Positions 1 through 10,631 of a stretch of 64,000 bases of DNA are shown one piece after another. The stretch spans positions 160,001-224,000 of the forward strand of contig CAVVUS010000010.1 in assembly GCA_963751345.1 (NCBI GenBank), written 5' to 3'. The first letter of the stretch is position 1, and the number at the start of each line of letters is the position of its first letter. Under the pieces are notes generated by a model. It was given only the letters and a program-made list of their open reading frames with translations. It made no database searches and was not told the DNA's origin. A program made the translations under genes and the position numbers. This DNA is from an uncultured Chloroflexia bacterium. GTDB lineage: Bacteria; Chloroflexota; Anaerolineae; B4-G1; SLSP01.

Positions 1-338
1 CACTTATCAACAACATGGTTACTGGGGTTACTGAGGGGTTCAGCAAGATACTGGAGATTCGCGGTACCGGTTATCGTGCAGAACTCCAGGGCGCCAATCT
101 GGTAATGAATCTCGGGTTCTCGCATTCCGTGGTGGTCAAGCCACCTGAGGGAATCGAGTTTGAGACTAATCCGCGTGCCAGCACGGTTACCGTGAAGGGA
201 TACGACAAGGAAATGGTCGGGCGCATTGCGGCTGAGATTCGCGCTTGGCGCCCTGTTGAGCCCTATCTGGGCAAAGGTATCCGATATCAGGGCGAGGTCG
301 TGCGGCGCAAGGCCGGGAAGACCGGGCAGGCTATCTAG
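1..338 (+). CDS. rplF: 50S ribosomal protein L6 (5'-truncated by window edge)
   Basis: GTGYRA...LGFSH and PYLGKGIRY motifs; spc operon position. Confidence 0.97.
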   Translation, partial: LINNMVTGVTEGFSKILEIRGTGYRAELQGANLVMNLGFSHSVVVKPPEGIEFETNPRASTVTVKGYDKEMVGRIAAEIRAWRPVEPYLGKGIRYQGEVVRRKAGKTGQAI

Positions 339-372
339 CCTTGGTCTCTGTTGAGAACGTGGTACTGAGGGT

Positions 373-750
373 GTGAAGATAATGAAACCAGAAGTAGATC
401 GTGAAAAAGCCCGGGCTCGGCGTCATGTGCATATCCGCAAGCGTGTGGAAGGTACGCCGGAACGTCCACGTCTAAACGTTTTTCGCAGTCTGAGCCATAT
501 CTACGCTCAGGTGATTGATGACAGCGTTGGTGTGACGCTGGCGTCCGCTTCCACTGTCGATCGCGATGTCCGTGATCAGGTCGCCGGGCTTGAAAAGGCT
601 GAACAGGCAAGCATCGTCGGCAAGATCGTCGCTGAGCGTGCGATGGCTAAAGGCATTCAGACAGTCGTTTTCGATCGGGGTGGTTACAAGTACCACGGTC
701 GCGTGAAAGCTCTTGCCGAGGCGGCTCGCAAGGCCGGCCTTGATTTCTAG
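373..750 (+). CDS. rplR: 50S ribosomal protein L18
   Basis: [27 protein letters not shown]; start could be ATG at 382. Confidence 0.97.
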   Translation: MKIMKPEVDREKARARRHVHIRKRVEGTPERPRLNVFRSLSHIYAQVIDDSVGVTLASASTVDRDVRDQVAGLEKAEQASIVGKIVAERAMAKGIQTVVFDRGGYKYHGRVKALAEAARKAGLDF

Positions 751-803
751 TGGCGGTTATCTGACGGCGCGCCTCACCAAGGTTGCGTCCGGCTGGAGGA
801 AGT

Positions 804-1349
804 ATGGCAGAAAGTAGAAGGCCCCGAGGTCGTAGAGTTGAGGAAGAGAAGGACGAACTTGACGAGCGCGTGGTTGATATCACGCGAGTGGCGAAGGTTG
901 TCAAGGGTGGCCGTACGTTTGGTTTCCGGGTTACGGCTGTCGTCGGCGACAACAGTGGCCAGGTGGGGATTGGCATTGGCAAGGCTCGAACCGTGCCCGA
1001 TGCGATCGCCAAGGCTACCCTGCGCGCCCGCAAGGATATGAGAGCAGTGCCTCTCGAGGGGACCACAATTCCCCACGAGGTGCTCGGCGTCTGTGGCGGT
1101 GCGCGCGTCTTGCTCCGCCCGGCGACGCAGGGTACCGGTGTCATCGCCGGTGGTGGTGTTCGTGCTGTCTTGGGCGCGGCAGGCGTTCACGACGTACTGA
1201 CGAAGTCAATGGGAAGCTCAACTGCAGTGAACGTCGTCCAGGCGACGATGGATGCCTTGGATCAGCTGCGGCGTGTTGAGCAGGTCGCCGAGGATCGTGG
1301 CAAGCCCGTAGCTGAGGTCATGCCCTTCTGGCGCCGGAGGAAGGCGTAA
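804..1349 (+). CDS. rpsE: 30S ribosomal protein S5
   Basis: [18 protein letters not shown]; ATG 804 after GGAGG. Confidence 0.97.
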   Translation: MAESRRPRGRRVEEEKDELDERVVDITRVAKVVKGGRTFGFRVTAVVGDNSGQVGIGIGKARTVPDAIAKATLRARKDMRAVPLEGTTIPHEVLGVCGGARVLLRPATQGTGVIAGGGVRAVLGAAGVHDVLTKSMGSSTAVNVVQATMDALDQLRRVEQVAEDRGKPVAEVMPFWRRRKA

Positions 1350-1537
1350 TGGTTAAGCGGTTGCGCATTACCTTAGTCCGCAGTCCCATCGGCTATTCCG
1401 TGCGACAGAAATGCACGGTAGAGGCTCTTGGACTGCGCAAGCTACGGCAGACCGTCGAGCGTCCTGACAACTCCGCTGTGCGTGGAATGGTGGAGTCTGT
1501 CACTCACCTCCTTGAGGTCGAGGAATTCGAGGCTTAG
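1349..1537 (+). CDS. rpmD: 50S ribosomal protein L30
   Basis: ITLVRSPIG...LGLRK; synteny. Confidence 0.95.
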   Translation: MVKRLRITLVRSPIGYSVRQKCTVEALGLRKLRQTVERPDNSAVRGMVESVTHLLEVEEFEA

Positions 1538-1555
1538 TGGGTTGGAGGTTATCGG

Positions 1556-2038
1556 ATGAAGTTGCATGACTTGCATCCCGCAAAGGGTGCCAAGAAAAAC
1601 CGCAAGCGTGTCGGGCGCGGCATTTCCGCCGGGCAGGGCAAGACTGCCGGTCGTGGTACAAAGGGGCAGAATGCGCGCAGCGGTGGTGGTGTTCCTGCCT
1701 ATTTCGAGGGTGGGCAGCTGCCACTTGTGCGGAAGCTCCCGTTCGTGCGCGGATACAGTTTCTTCAACCCCTATAAGGTTGAATTCGAGCCGGTGAACGT
1801 GAGTGAGTTGGTCGAGCGGTTCGAGGCCGGGGCTGAGATCACACCGGATGCCCTGCATAGTGTCGGCCTGATCGGTGATGCCGAAGAACTCGTGGTGGTT
1901 CTGGGACGTGGTGAGGTCGATCGGCCGCTTCATATCAAGGTGCATCGCGTTTCGAAATCGGCACAGGAGAAGATCGAGGCCGCTGGGGGTTCGGTGGAGC
2001 TGTTGTCTTGGGAGCGTGGCGGCTTCCGAACTCGTTAG
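1556..2038 (+). CDS. rplO: 50S ribosomal protein L15
   Basis: RVGRGISAGQGKTAGRGTKGQ, FEGGQLPL. Confidence 0.97.
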   Translation: MKLHDLHPAKGAKKNRKRVGRGISAGQGKTAGRGTKGQNARSGGGVPAYFEGGQLPLVRKLPFVRGYSFFNPYKVEFEPVNVSELVERFEAGAEITPDALHSVGLIGDAEELVVVLGRGEVDRPLHIKVHRVSKSAQEKIEAAGGSVELLSWERGGFRTR

Positions 2039-2109
2039 CGACGCCTGCGGGTGGTCGTTAAGGGAACCGTGGCCGGTATCAGGCCTGGTCCCAGACTAAA
2101 TGGAGGGGA

Positions 2110-3426
2110 TTGATGATTGAGGCCCTGCGGAATGCATTCAAGCTGCCGGATCTGCGCCGGCGGATGTTATACACGCTCCTGATTCTGGTGATCTTCAGGA
2201 TGGCGTCAAACATTCCGGTACCTGGTGTGGATCGACAGGCGTTGAGCGCTTTCTTTAGTTCCGCGACCGCCACCAGCCAGTTAGCGGGTCTGATGGACCT
2301 GTTGTCGGGCGGTGCTGTCTCCAAGTTCTCGGTCCTGGCTGCAGGGGTCTACCCATACGTGACCGCACAGCTTGTTGTCCAGTTGCTGCTCCCCATCTTT
2401 CCCAAGTTGGAGCAACGGATTCAAGAAGAGGGCGAAGAAGGCCAGCGCAAGATGAATCAGTGGGTCTTCTATATCACGGTGCCCTTGGCAGCTCTGTCGG
2501 CCTTTGGCCAGGCACAGCTCTTCCGGTCGGCATCTGCTGGTAGCCGTCCGATTCTTCCTAACTTTGGATGGGGCCCAGGTAATATCCTGCCCACGATAAC
2601 AATGTTGTTGACGATGACAGCCGGGACGATGTTTGCGATCTGGCTGGGTGAACTCATCACCGAACAAGGGATTGGCAACGGCCTCTCTCTGATCATCTTT
2701 GGTGGCATCGTCGCGCGCGTACCTTCAAACGTACGAAGTATCGCACAGACTGACAAGCTGCTGGGTGTCGTGGTGTTCGTGCTCATCACGGTGCTTACGA
2801 TGCTCTTCATTGTCTTCGTGCAAGACGGAGAGCGCCGCGTTCGCGTGCAGTACGGCAAACGCGTGCGTGGAATGAAGGTCTATGGGGGTGGGAGCACGTA
2901 TATCCCGTTGAAGATTAACACTGCCGGGATGATCCCCCTGATTTTCGCCCAGTCCATTCTCACCTTTCCGGCCGTGGTCGCGCAGTTCTTTCTGGCAAGT
3001 ACCAATCCGTCGGTGCGAAACATCGCTAATGCGGCGATTGGCTTCTTCAGCGGGAAGAATGCATGGTATGCGCCCGTCTATTTCGCGGCAGTCGTAGGAT
3101 TCACTTACTTCTACACTTTCGTCCAGGTAGAGCAGCAGAACCTGGCGGAGACGCTGCAAAAGCAGGGCGGGTTCATTCCGGGTGTCCGGCCGGGTCATCG
3201 CACGGAGGAGTTCATCCTGGGCATCTACAAGCGCATTACGCTGGTTGGTGCTCTCTTTCTGGGACTGGTGGCAGTACTGCCCTATATCATTGGTCTCTTT
3301 ATGAACTCGAACCAGATGCTTATCCAGAGCTCAGGTCTGCTGATCGTGGTCGGCACCGTGATGGATACGATGCGGCAGTTGGAGTCCCAGCTCATGATGC
3401 GCAACTACGAGGGATTCCTGCGCTAG
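2110..3426 (+). CDS. secY: Preprotein translocase subunit SecY
   Basis: Multi-TM protein with IPVPG, GIGNGLSLII, GGFIPGVRPG motifs. Confidence 0.98.
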   Translation: MMIEALRNAFKLPDLRRRMLYTLLILVIFRMASNIPVPGVDRQALSAFFSSATATSQLAGLMDLLSGGAVSKFSVLAAGVYPYVTAQLVVQLLLPIFPKLEQRIQEEGEEGQRKMNQWVFYITVPLAALSAFGQAQLFRSASAGSRPILPNFGWGPGNILPTITMLLTMTAGTMFAIWLGELITEQGIGNGLSLIIFGGIVARVPSNVRSIAQTDKLLGVVVFVLITVLTMLFIVFVQDGERRVRVQYGKRVRGMKVYGGGSTYIPLKINTAGMIPLIFAQSILTFPAVVAQFFLASTNPSVRNIANAAIGFFSGKNAWYAPVYFAAVVGFTYFYTFVQVEQQNLAETLQKQGGFIPGVRPGHRTEEFILGIYKRITLVGALFLGLVAVLPYIIGLFMNSNQMLIQSSGLLIVVGTVMDTMRQLESQLMMRNYEGFLR

Positions 3427-3453
3427 ACGCAGAGGCTGATGACGACCGGAATG

Positions 3454-3462
3454 TGGTATAAT
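3454..3462 (+). promoter_or_regulatory. Extended -10 promoter (TGgTATAAT) for the rpmJ-alpha operon
   Basis: TGGTATAAT in the secY-rpmJ gap. Confidence 0.55.
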
Positions 3463-3561
3463 GTAGGACTGCGTTGTGCGCTATCAGATTGCGCACCCGC
3501 CTGACGATGATCGGAAGAGACTGCAGATCGCGTCTGTCTAGAGGATTAAGGAGTCATAGCG

Positions 3562-3675
3562 ATGAAGGTATCACCATCAGTGAAGAAGCGCTGTCCGAAG
3601 TGCAAGATCATTCGGCGACGAGGAGTTGTGCGGGTTATCTGTGAGAACCCCAAGCATAAGCAGCGTCAGGGGTAG
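3562..3675 (+). CDS. rpmJ: 50S ribosomal protein L36, zinc-binding form (not in ORF track)
   Basis: Translated by hand: [37 protein letters not shown]; AAGGAG RBS. Confidence 0.97.
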   Translation: MKVSPSVKKRCPKCKIIRRRGVVRVICENPKHKQRQG

Positions 3676-3718
3676 GATTCGCTCCTGTCAGAAGCGTAGT
3701 ATAGAGGAGGTTTAGAGC

Positions 3719-4108
3719 ATGGTTCGTATTGCAGGGATTGACCTGCCACGAAACAAGCGCATTGAGGTCGGACTCACCTACATCTATGGAGTTGGTCGCA
3801 AGACCAGCAACAACATCCTGGAACGTGCCGGCGTGGATCCGGATAAGCGTGATACTGACTTGACCGAAGCTGAGGTCAGCTCAATCCGCGACATCATCGA
3901 GAGAGAGCTTATCGTCGAAGGTGATCTGCGACGTGATGTTCAGATGAACATCAAGCGCCTGATCGAGATTGGTTCCTATCGCGGATTGCGGCATCGCCGG
4001 AATCTACCCGTACGTGGTCAGCGGACGCGCACGAATGCGCGCACCAAGCGTGGCCCCAAGCGCACCGTACCTGGGCGTGGGCGACGGCGTGGTTCCAAGA
4101 AGAAGTAA
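3719..4108 (+). CDS. rpsM: 30S ribosomal protein S13
   Basis: [22 protein letters not shown]. Confidence 0.98.
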   Translation: MVRIAGIDLPRNKRIEVGLTYIYGVGRKTSNNILERAGVDPDKRDTDLTEAEVSSIRDIIERELIVEGDLRRDVQMNIKRLIEIGSYRGLRHRRNLPVRGQRTRTNARTKRGPKRTVPGRGRRRGSKKK

Positions 4109-4182
4109 TCTGACTGAGCCAAGTCAAACCTGACACGGTCAGGCCTGAACACGACAGGGTACAAGAGGTATGAGGAGGTTCC

Positions 4183-4602
4183 ATGGCTAAACGTGAAAGT
4201 CGACAGGCACAGCGAGGTGCGCGAGCAAGTCGGACGCGACGTGTACACCGAAACGTGCCTCGCGGGTGTATTCATATTAACACTTCGTTCAATAACACGA
4301 TCATAACCGTGACCGATCCTGAGGGCAACGTACTGCGCTGGTTAACCCCAGGGGTAGTGGGCTTCCATGGCACGCGCAAGAGCACGCCTTTCGCGGCCCG
4401 GATTGCGGCGGAGCGAGCCGCTCAGGATTCGATGAACAACGACGGGATGCGTGAGGTGGATGTCTTTGTGAAGGGTGCTGGCCCAGGACGTGAGGCTTCC
4501 CTGCGCGCCATCGCCGCTGCGGGATTGCGGGTTCGCTCGATCGTTGATGCGACCCCGATTCCACACAATGGGTGCCGTCCTCCGAAGCGTCGGCGCATCT
4601 AG
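4183..4602 (+). CDS. rpsK: 30S ribosomal protein S11
   Basis: [29 protein letters not shown]. Confidence 0.98.
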   Translation: MAKRESRQAQRGARASRTRRVHRNVPRGCIHINTSFNNTIITVTDPEGNVLRWLTPGVVGFHGTRKSTPFAARIAAERAAQDSMNNDGMREVDVFVKGAGPGREASLRAIAAAGLRVRSIVDATPIPHNGCRPPKRRRI

Positions 4603-4626
4603 GTCGGGGGAGAAATAGGAGAAAGT

Positions 4627-5265
4627 ATGGCAAGATATACCGGGCCTGTTTGTAAGCTCTGCCGACGTGAAGGGGCGAAGCTTTATCTCAAGGGCGAGAA
4701 GTGCTATACGGACAAATGCCCGTTTGAGCGGCGTTCTTATCCTCCTGGTCAGCATGGTAAGCAGGCCAGTTTCCAGCGGCGACGATCATCCGACTACACG
4801 CTGCAGTTGCGTGCGAAGCAGCAGGCACGTCGAATCTACGGCGTGCTGGAGCGCCAGTTCCGGCGCTACCTGCGGATGGCTGAGGGACGCGAAGGTCTGA
4901 CCGGTGAGAACCTGATCATTGTGTTGGAGCAGCGTCTGGACAATGTTGTTTACCGATTGGGCTTGGCTGATTCCCGAGCACAGGCGCGGCAACTGGTTCA
5001 GCACGGCCATATCACGGTTAACGGGCGCAAGACCAACATCCCGTCCTACCTGGTGAGATCCGAGGACGTCTTGGCTGTTCGTACTGAAAGCCGTCGTGCG
5101 ACGTACTTCCGGCAACGCCGCGACCTTCTGGGACAACGGGAAGTTCCTGCTTGGTTGAGTTTGAACGAAGAAGAACTCTCCGGGCGGGTGCTTGCATTGC
5201 CGACTCGTCAAGAAATCGACATACCAGTCGACGAGCAGATGATTGTCGAGTTCTACTCGCGCTAA
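4627..5265 (+). CDS. rpsD: 30S ribosomal protein S4
   Basis: [29 protein letters not shown]. Confidence 0.98.
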   Translation: MARYTGPVCKLCRREGAKLYLKGEKCYTDKCPFERRSYPPGQHGKQASFQRRRSSDYTLQLRAKQQARRIYGVLERQFRRYLRMAEGREGLTGENLIIVLEQRLDNVVYRLGLADSRAQARQLVQHGHITVNGRKTNIPSYLVRSEDVLAVRTESRRATYFRQRRDLLGQREVPAWLSLNEEELSGRVLALPTRQEIDIPVDEQMIVEFYSR

Positions 5266-5344
5266 TACTCCTCACGCCAATTCGCCGGAGTTCATCGAAG
5301 GCGTCGATTGGGGTGGAGGAGTTTTAGTTCAGACAGGAGGCAAC

Positions 5345-6301
5345 GTGCTAGCAGCGCCAGTTCTGCCAAAGGTAGAAGTTGATGTAAACGCCGAGCAGTA
5401 CGGCCGATACGTGATCGGCCCACTGGAGAGCGGTTATGGTGTGACGCTAGGGAATTCAATGCGACGGGTTCTGCTTGCGTCCCTGGAGGGAGCAGCGATC
5501 ACGGCCGTGCGGATTATGGATATTCCGCATGAGTTCACCACCATCCCCGGCGTCAGAGAGGATGTTATACAAGTCATCCTCCGACTCAAGCAGATCCGTC
5601 TGTCATTGGAGGGCGAGGGCCCCCAGTATATGACGCTTCGCATCGAGGGCGAGGGTGTAGTTACCGCAGGAGATATCATCGCTCCTCCGGAGATCGAGAT
5701 TCTTAATCCGGATGTCTACCTGTTCACGGTGGATGCCGAGGATGTGCATCTGGATTTCGAGTTCACGGTCGAGAAGGGACGGGGATATCTGCCGGCAGAG
5801 GATCGTGGGCGTATGCCCATCGGAGTGCTGCCGGTTGATGCGATTTTCAGCCCGATTCGTCGGGTGAACTTCCGAGTCGATCAGGCGCGCGTTGGTCAGT
5901 TGACCAACTACGATCGCTTGACGATGGAGATTTGGACTGATGGGCGCATCCCACCTCTTGATGCGCTGAAGGAATCCGCGCGGATTCTGGTGACGCACCT
6001 CCGGCTGATTGCCGGCGCGGAACTGGAAGAGAATGTGGAAATCGAAGTGACGGAAGAGGAAGAGGAGATTCCGCATCAGGCGTATGCTACCCCCATCGAG
6101 GACTTGGGGCTCGGCGTGCGCGTCTACAATGCGCTAAAGCGTACGGGAATCTCCAATGTGGGCGAAGTACTGGAGATGCTTGCGCGGGGCACCGATGCGC
6201 TGCTGTCCATCCGCAACTTCGGTGAGAAGTCGCTCACAGAGCTCGTCGAACAGCTTGAGGCCAAGGGGTTCTGGGCCGAGGAAGACGAAGGCGAGGAGTA
6301 G
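5345..6301 (+). CDS. rpoA: RNA polymerase alpha subunit
   Basis: PLESGYGVTLGNSMRRVLL, RNFGEKS; GTG start after AGGAGG. Confidence 0.98.
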   Translation: MLAAPVLPKVEVDVNAEQYGRYVIGPLESGYGVTLGNSMRRVLLASLEGAAITAVRIMDIPHEFTTIPGVREDVIQVILRLKQIRLSLEGEGPQYMTLRIEGEGVVTAGDIIAPPEIEILNPDVYLFTVDAEDVHLDFEFTVEKGRGYLPAEDRGRMPIGVLPVDAIFSPIRRVNFRVDQARVGQLTNYDRLTMEIWTDGRIPPLDALKESARILVTHLRLIAGAELEENVEIEVTEEEEEIPHQAYATPIEDLGLGVRVYNALKRTGISNVGEVLEMLARGTDALLSIRNFGEKSLTELVEQLEAKGFWAEEDEGEE

Positions 6302-6375
6302 CACACGGGTGCGCTCTTCGCTATCATCGACCTGGCCGGATTCTCTGACCGATTCAATGATCAGGAGGTTGAGGC

Positions 6376-6765
6376 ATGCGACATCGTGTCGCGGGTAAGA
6401 GACTAAACCAAACATCGGGGCAGCGGCGCGCCCTGCGGCGGAATCTGGTGACGGAGTTGATCCGCCACGAGCGGATTCGTACGACGCGGGCCAAGGCGCA
6501 GGCCATCCAGGGCCAGGCAGAGAAACTGATAACGTTGGCGAAGCGTGGGCTTATCGCTGCGGAGCAGGAGCCGGCCAAGGAGGTCTTTGCGCGCCGTCGG
6601 GCGGCTGCGCAGCTGAATGATCCCACGGTCGTCCAGAAGCTATTCTCTGATATTGCGCCCCGTTACTTGGACCGCCCTGGCGGTTATACGCGAATGCTCA
6701 GGCTGGGCCTGCGCAAGGGTGACGCGGCGCAGATGGTGGTTCTGGAGTTGGTTGAGGAGGCTTGA
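6376..6765 (+). CDS. rplQ: 50S ribosomal protein L17
   Basis: MRHR, EKLITLAK, RPGGYTR. Confidence 0.98.
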   Translation: MRHRVAGKRLNQTSGQRRALRRNLVTELIRHERIRTTRAKAQAIQGQAEKLITLAKRGLIAAEQEPAKEVFARRRAAAQLNDPTVVQKLFSDIAPRYLDRPGGYTRMLRLGLRKGDAAQMVVLELVEEA

Positions 6766-6774
6766 TCGCTAAGG

Positions 6775-7524
6775 GTGCGGATCAAGGCAATCATAGGCTA
6801 TGACGGTACGGGGTACGGGGGATTTCAGATCCAGGAGAATGCCCCCACTATCCAGGCCGCAGTAGAAGACGTTCTGGTTCGATTGACAGGTGTCTCGACC
6901 AGGATTCTGGCAGCAGGGAGAACAGACGCGGGGGTTCACGCGGAGGGTCAGGTCATCGCCTTTGATACGGCGTGGCGGCATGCGCTCTCTGATCTGCAAC
7001 GGGGTATGAATGCGTTGCTTCCAGAGCAGATCGCCGTTTTTGAACTGAATGAGGTCGATCCTGAGTTTCACCCGCGTTTTGATGCGTTGAGCCGGACCTA
7101 TCAGTATACGATTTACCAGGCTGCTGTAAGGCATCCGTTCTATACACGGTATAGCCTGCATATAGCGCGGAATCTGGATGTCGGAGCGATGCAGGACGCG
7201 ACGTGTTGTTTGGTGGGCGTGCATGATTTCTTGGCGTTTGGCTCACCCCCTCAGGGGCACAATTCGACGCGTGAAGTCATCCGGGCGGCCTGGTCTCTTG
7301 AGGAGCCTTGGCTGAGGTTCGATATTGAGGCCAACGCCTTCTTATATCGTATGGTAAGGATGCTTGTGGGGACGCTGCTTCGGGTTGGGACTGGAGCTTT
7401 GACGCCAGACGACTTCCGAGAGATTCTTGAGACGCGGAATCGAGATGGTGCCGGGCCGGCGGTCGCTGCTGAGGGCCTTCGCCTGAAGTCGGTTGCTTAT
7501 GACCAGGGACGTAAGGAAGTGTGA
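6775..7524 (+). CDS. truA: tRNA pseudouridine(38-40) synthase
   Basis: YDGTGYGGFQ, AGRTDAGVHA, FLYRMVR. Confidence 0.96.
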   Translation: MRIKAIIGYDGTGYGGFQIQENAPTIQAAVEDVLVRLTGVSTRILAAGRTDAGVHAEGQVIAFDTAWRHALSDLQRGMNALLPEQIAVFELNEVDPEFHPRFDALSRTYQYTIYQAAVRHPFYTRYSLHIARNLDVGAMQDATCCLVGVHDFLAFGSPPQGHNSTREVIRAAWSLEEPWLRFDIEANAFLYRMVRMLVGTLLRVGTGALTPDDFREILETRNRDGAGPAVAAEGLRLKSVAYDQGRKEV

Positions 7525-7585
7525 ATGAGCGTCTTCACAGTAAGTGTCTGTGAACGGGCTCTTATTCCGATACGGGAGTTTTGAA

Positions 7586-8044
7586 ATGGTGAAGAACATA
7601 GGAATACACAAGACTTATGTCGCCAAGCCGGGAGAGGTCGAGCGAAGCTGGTACATTGTCGATGCGACCGGACTGACCCTCGGCAGGTTGGCGACGCAGA
7701 TCGCGAGCGTTTTGCGGGGAAAGAACAAACCCCACTATACACCTCACGAGGATGTTGGGGACTTTGTGATCGTCGTGAACGCCGAGAAGGTCGCGGTTAC
7801 CGGACGTAAGATGGACCAGAAGAAGTACTACTGGCACACGGGTTATCCTGGTGGTATTCGGGAGATTACCCTGCGCCGGCAACTCGAACTGCACCCCGAC
7901 CGCGTGATTCTTCATGCCGTCAAGGGGATGCTGCCTCGCGGCCCTCTGGGCCGACGCCAGTTGCGAAAGCTCAGAGTCTATCGAGGTATGGAGCACCCTC
8001 ATGGGGCCCAATTACCGCAGCCGTTAGCTTTGAACAGCCGCTAG
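7586..8044 (+). CDS. rplM: 50S ribosomal protein L13
   Basis: [27 protein letters not shown]; start uncertain. Confidence 0.96.
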   Translation: MVKNIGIHKTYVAKPGEVERSWYIVDATGLTLGRLATQIASVLRGKNKPHYTPHEDVGDFVIVVNAEKVAVTGRKMDQKKYYWHTGYPGGIREITLRRQLELHPDRVILHAVKGMLPRGPLGRRQLRKLRVYRGMEHPHGAQLPQPLALNSR

Positions 8045-8066
8045 AGCTTGCTTGAAGGAGATGTGA

Positions 8067-8453
8067 ATGTATTACGAAGGTTTGGGACGTCGCAAGACAT
8101 CAACGGCGCGTGTTCGCCTGCATCCTGAAGGCACCGGCCAGATTGTGGTGAACGGTAAGCCCTACCGGGAGTATTTCGGCCGCGAGGATGATTGGTCGAA
8201 TGTCATGCAACCCCTGGAAGCCACCCAGACGGAAGGTCGCTTTGATGTGACTGTTCTGGTGCAGGGTGGCGGGATTACGGGGCAGGCGGGGGCAATCCAG
8301 ATGGGCATGGCTCGAGCGCTACTGGAGGTCAATCCCGACTTCCGCCCGGTATTGCGCAAGGGGGGTCTGCTAACGCGTGATGCGCGTATGAAGGAACGGA
8401 AAAAGCCTGGTCTCAAGCGGGCCCGCAAGGCACCACAGTACACGAAGCGCTAG
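8067..8453 (+). CDS. rpsI: 30S ribosomal protein S9
   Basis: [29 protein letters not shown]. Confidence 0.98.
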   Translation: MYYEGLGRRKTSTARVRLHPEGTGQIVVNGKPYREYFGREDDWSNVMQPLEATQTEGRFDVTVLVQGGGITGQAGAIQMGMARALLEVNPDFRPVLRKGGLLTRDARMKERKKPGLKRARKAPQYTKR

Positions 8454-8626
8454 GTTTCACGTATCAGCTTGGTGGATCGCGCTCCGAGGGCGCAGTTCTG
8501 ATGGGTGCTTCCGGGCAGATGTGGATCAGCGCCGAGCGGCTTTGAGTCGTTTGGCCAAGATGAATTGACACGTACAGGTAGGCAGGATTAGCTTCTGCCT
8601 ACCTTTTTGTTTTTCCGGGGGGACGT

Positions 8627-10108
8627 ATGCCGCAAATTACCATCGTGGGCCTGGGACCTGGTTCCGTAGGCGATCTGACGCGGGATGCCTGGCAGATTCT
8701 GTCGGATGCGCCGGAGATCTGGCTGCGCACGCTGCACCATCCTGTCGTGCCCGATCTGCCGAATCAGTCGACTCTGCACGCCTTCGACGAGGTGTATGAG
8801 CGCGCCGATACCTTTCAGGATGTCTATGCGGAGATCTGCTCCCGCGTACTCGCCCTCGGTCGGCGGCCTCAAGGGGTCGTCTATGCGGTTCCCGGACATC
8901 CTATGGTGGGAGAGTCCACCGTCACGCGTATCGTTGAAGCGGCCCGCAGCGAGGCCCTGCCGGTCCATATTGTCAGCGGGCTGAGTTTCGTGGAGCCGTC
9001 GTTGACTGCCATCGGCCTGGATGGCCTCGACGGACTACAAGTGGTCGACGCGCTTGATATCGTGGCGCTGCATCATCCGCCGCTGAACCCAGATATGCCG
9101 TCCTTGATTGCCCAGGTCTACAGTCGTGCGGTCGCCTCTGAACTGAAGTTGGTCTTGATGAATCAGTATCCCGACGAGCATCCAACGGTGCTGCTTGATG
9201 GTGCGGGTACCGGCAGGGAGCGGGTTATGGAGCTTCCGCTCTATGAAATCGACCGCTACGACGCTACGCCGCTCACGTCGCTCTATGTGTCGCCGATGCC
9301 GGTCATCTCCGGCTTTGAAGGTTTTCAAGAGACGATCGCGCGGCTGAGATCACCCGAGGGATGTCCCTGGGATCGCGAGCAGACCCACCAGAGCTTGCGC
9401 ACAAACCTGTTGGAGGAGTCTTATGAGGTCCTAGCTGCGATTGATGAGAACGATCCTGATTCCCTCAGAGAGGAGCTCGGCGATCTTCTGCTGCAAGTTG
9501 TCCTTCATGCGCAGATAGCGGTCGAGGAAGGCGAGTTCCGTATGGCGGAGGTCATCGCCCAGATCGATGCGAAACTCAAGCGTCGGCACCCGCATGTCTG
9601 GGACAACCTGGAAGTCGAGGGCGTGGACGAGGTCATCTCGAACTGGGAGGTCATCAAGCGCCGTGAGCGTGCCGAAAAGGGCACCCCGGAGCGTTCGTTG
9701 TTAGGCGGCATCCCGTCGGCTCTTCCGGCCTTGGCTCAGGCGGCTGCCTACACCGACCGTGCCGGGCGTATCGGCTTCGACCGTGTCTGGGCTGATGGCG
9801 TCTGGGTTACGCTGGGTCGACCTGAGAGGGAAAGGCTAGCGGGGTTGCTGGACGCGCTCTCAGAGGTGATCGCCGACCAACCGGCACCGGAAGCTCACGT
9901 CCAGCTTCTGGGAGACATACTGCTCGTCATCGCGGACTGGGCCAGAAGCGTAGAGATCGATCCGGAAAGCGCGCTGCGCGAGGCAAACACGCGGTTCGCG
10001 CGACGATTCGCGGTCCTGGAGAGTGCCTCACGGGAGAGCGGGGAATCCCTGGAGAAGATTCCGGTAGAGCTTATCCGGAAACTGTGGCGCGAGGCCGGGC
10101 TCCTCTAG
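8627..10108 (+). CDS. mazG: YabN-type tetrapyrrole-methylase-like/MazG nucleoside triphosphate pyrophosphohydrolase
   Basis: N-terminal IVGLGPG...YAVPGHP; GCPWDREQTH, EELGDLLLQ. Confidence 0.9.
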   Translation: MPQITIVGLGPGSVGDLTRDAWQILSDAPEIWLRTLHHPVVPDLPNQSTLHAFDEVYERADTFQDVYAEICSRVLALGRRPQGVVYAVPGHPMVGESTVTRIVEAARSEALPVHIVSGLSFVEPSLTAIGLDGLDGLQVVDALDIVALHHPPLNPDMPSLIAQVYSRAVASELKLVLMNQYPDEHPTVLLDGAGTGRERVMELPLYEIDRYDATPLTSLYVSPMPVISGFEGFQETIARLRSPEGCPWDREQTHQSLRTNLLEESYEVLAAIDENDPDSLREELGDLLLQVVLHAQIAVEEGEFRMAEVIAQIDAKLKRRHPHVWDNLEVEGVDEVISNWEVIKRRERAEKGTPERSLLGGIPSALPALAQAAAYTDRAGRIGFDRVWADGVWVTLGRPERERLAGLLDALSEVIADQPAPEAHVQLLGDILLVIADWARSVEIDPESALREANTRFARRFAVLESASRESGESLEKIPVELIRKLWREAGLL

Positions 10109-10145
10109 GTGACTCACACCTTCGCCCGGCCCCTGCACTTACGGG

Positions 10146-10469
10146 TTAGTCGAGGTAAGGCTCGAGTTCCTTCTCCAGCGCACGCCTGGACTGGTTGCCG
10201 ACGAGCCGCTTCGCCTCTTCACCATCTTTGAAGACGATCATCGTCGGGATATTCATCACACCATACTTCGTGGCCAGGCTGGACTTGTCCACATTGACCT
10301 TGACGATCAACAATCGTCCGTCCATATCCTCGGCCAACGATTCCAGTGTTGGCCCCAACCTCTTGCACGGGGGACACCATTCGGCGAAGAAGTCCACCAG
10401 CACAGGTACAGAGCTGCCATCGATAACGTCCTGGAAGTTGCCTTCGTCAACCTGCTGTAAGTTGCTCAT
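10146..10469 (-). CDS. trxA: Thioredoxin
   Basis: VLVDFFAEWCPPCK, IPTM. Confidence 0.92.
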   Translation of the reverse strand: MSNLQQVDEGNFQDVIDGSSVPVLVDFFAEWCPPCKRLGPTLESLAEDMDGRLLIVKVNVDKSSLATKYGVMNIPTMIVFKDGEEAKRLVGNQSRRALEKELEPYLD

Positions 10470-10631
10470 TTCTAGCTTTATCTCCTGTGCTTTTCCGGTG
10501 GTGTGGTTTCACTGCGCCGGATTATCGCATGCCCAATGACGATGTCAAGCGCCACGATGGTCATGTTCGTTAGCGGTGGTTGCGGTCTACCTGTGGCTGT
10601 GCTATAATGAAGGTGATGGCGGAGGTATGAG

